Of a stretch of DNA of 64,000 nucleotides, positions 63,365 through 64,000 are shown in pieces. Position 1 is the first letter of the stretch. Each line of letters begins with the position of its first letter. The stretch is from the NCBI RefSeq assembly GCF_009914755.1, contig NC_060932.1; one strand, given 5' to 3'. Source of the DNA: the human T2T-CHM13v2.0 reference genome, Homo sapiens. The notes beneath the pieces were generated by a model, which was not told where the DNA came from, did not search any database, and was given only the letters and a program-made list of their open reading frames with translations. A program made the position numbers and the translations under genes.

Positions 63365-64000
63365 GAGAGAGCAAAATGGCCATCTAGACGCAGCCCAGTG
63401 GAAGAGCTCCCACCTAGAGACCAAGGCGACTGGCACACTCCTAACAGATCTTCAGAGGGAAGGCACCAACAGCAGACAGCGGAAACACACAGAAGCTGGG
63501 CTTCGGTGGAAGGAACTAGGAATGCTACATGGGGCTACCATGCACCAGGACTCATTATTGGCCCCCAGCAATTTTGGGAGAACCAGTGAGTTGGACTGTC
63601 AAGAAGAAACCCATTCTCACCATGGGCCTCTGGAATCACAGCAGGAGAAGACCCCTTGACCACCATAAACACTCAAGTTGGCAGGAAGAGCTGCTTGGAG
63701 AAATGGTAGGGGCAGCACACCAGCTGATGTGGAGCCCAGAGGGTTTGGTGTGGGAGCCTCCATAGTGGAGCACCGCCAAAGAAGCCTATCTCCCCAGGCT
63801 TGACTTTCTCCCATAGGAGACTTTAGCCCTAGGGGAACTGTCAGACCTGAATTCTGTAGGGATGTCTTGCCCATCAGATGAGTTGTTGGACATGAGCACC
63901 CCTTGGTCTGCTGGCCTCTCCCGGGGCCCCAGCCTGGCCACACCTACTTGCAGGACAGCCTCTGGCACCCTGGTGGCCAGCATCATAGTTTTAGCACTGG
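63365..64000 (+). mobile_element. 5' UTR of an older primate L1 (runs off the window)
   Basis: Starts gagagcaaaatggcc (YY1-like) after an A-rich site; GC-rich L1PA15/16/L1PB-like 5' UTR. Confidence 0.6.

Overview
Mammalian (primate, human-like) genomic DNA. It holds one protein-coding gene, CCN3 (NOV), on the + strand: five coding exons (17005-17088, 17216-17441, 18530-18781, 19603-19817, 23308-23604) splice to 1074 nt, or 357 aa. The domain order is signal peptide, IGFBP, VWC, TSP1, cystine knot. The gene has a TATA/CpG-island promoter and a ~1.3 kb 3' UTR. The rest is mostly transposon-derived: an MST LTR element, several L1s including a full-length but inactivated ~6.17 kb L1PA3/4-like copy with an open ORF0, about 13 Alus, Tigger/MER DNA transposons, MLT1 LTRs, and L2/MIR remnants. 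I see no evidence of a new multi-gene system. The most unusual structure is at 41.7-42.5 kb: an old Alu split by a complex, locally templated insertion. That insertion is one inverted and one direct copy of nearby sequence, with junction microhomology, and a younger Alu later inserted into it. Repeat subfamily names are from recalled consensus features, not a database search.
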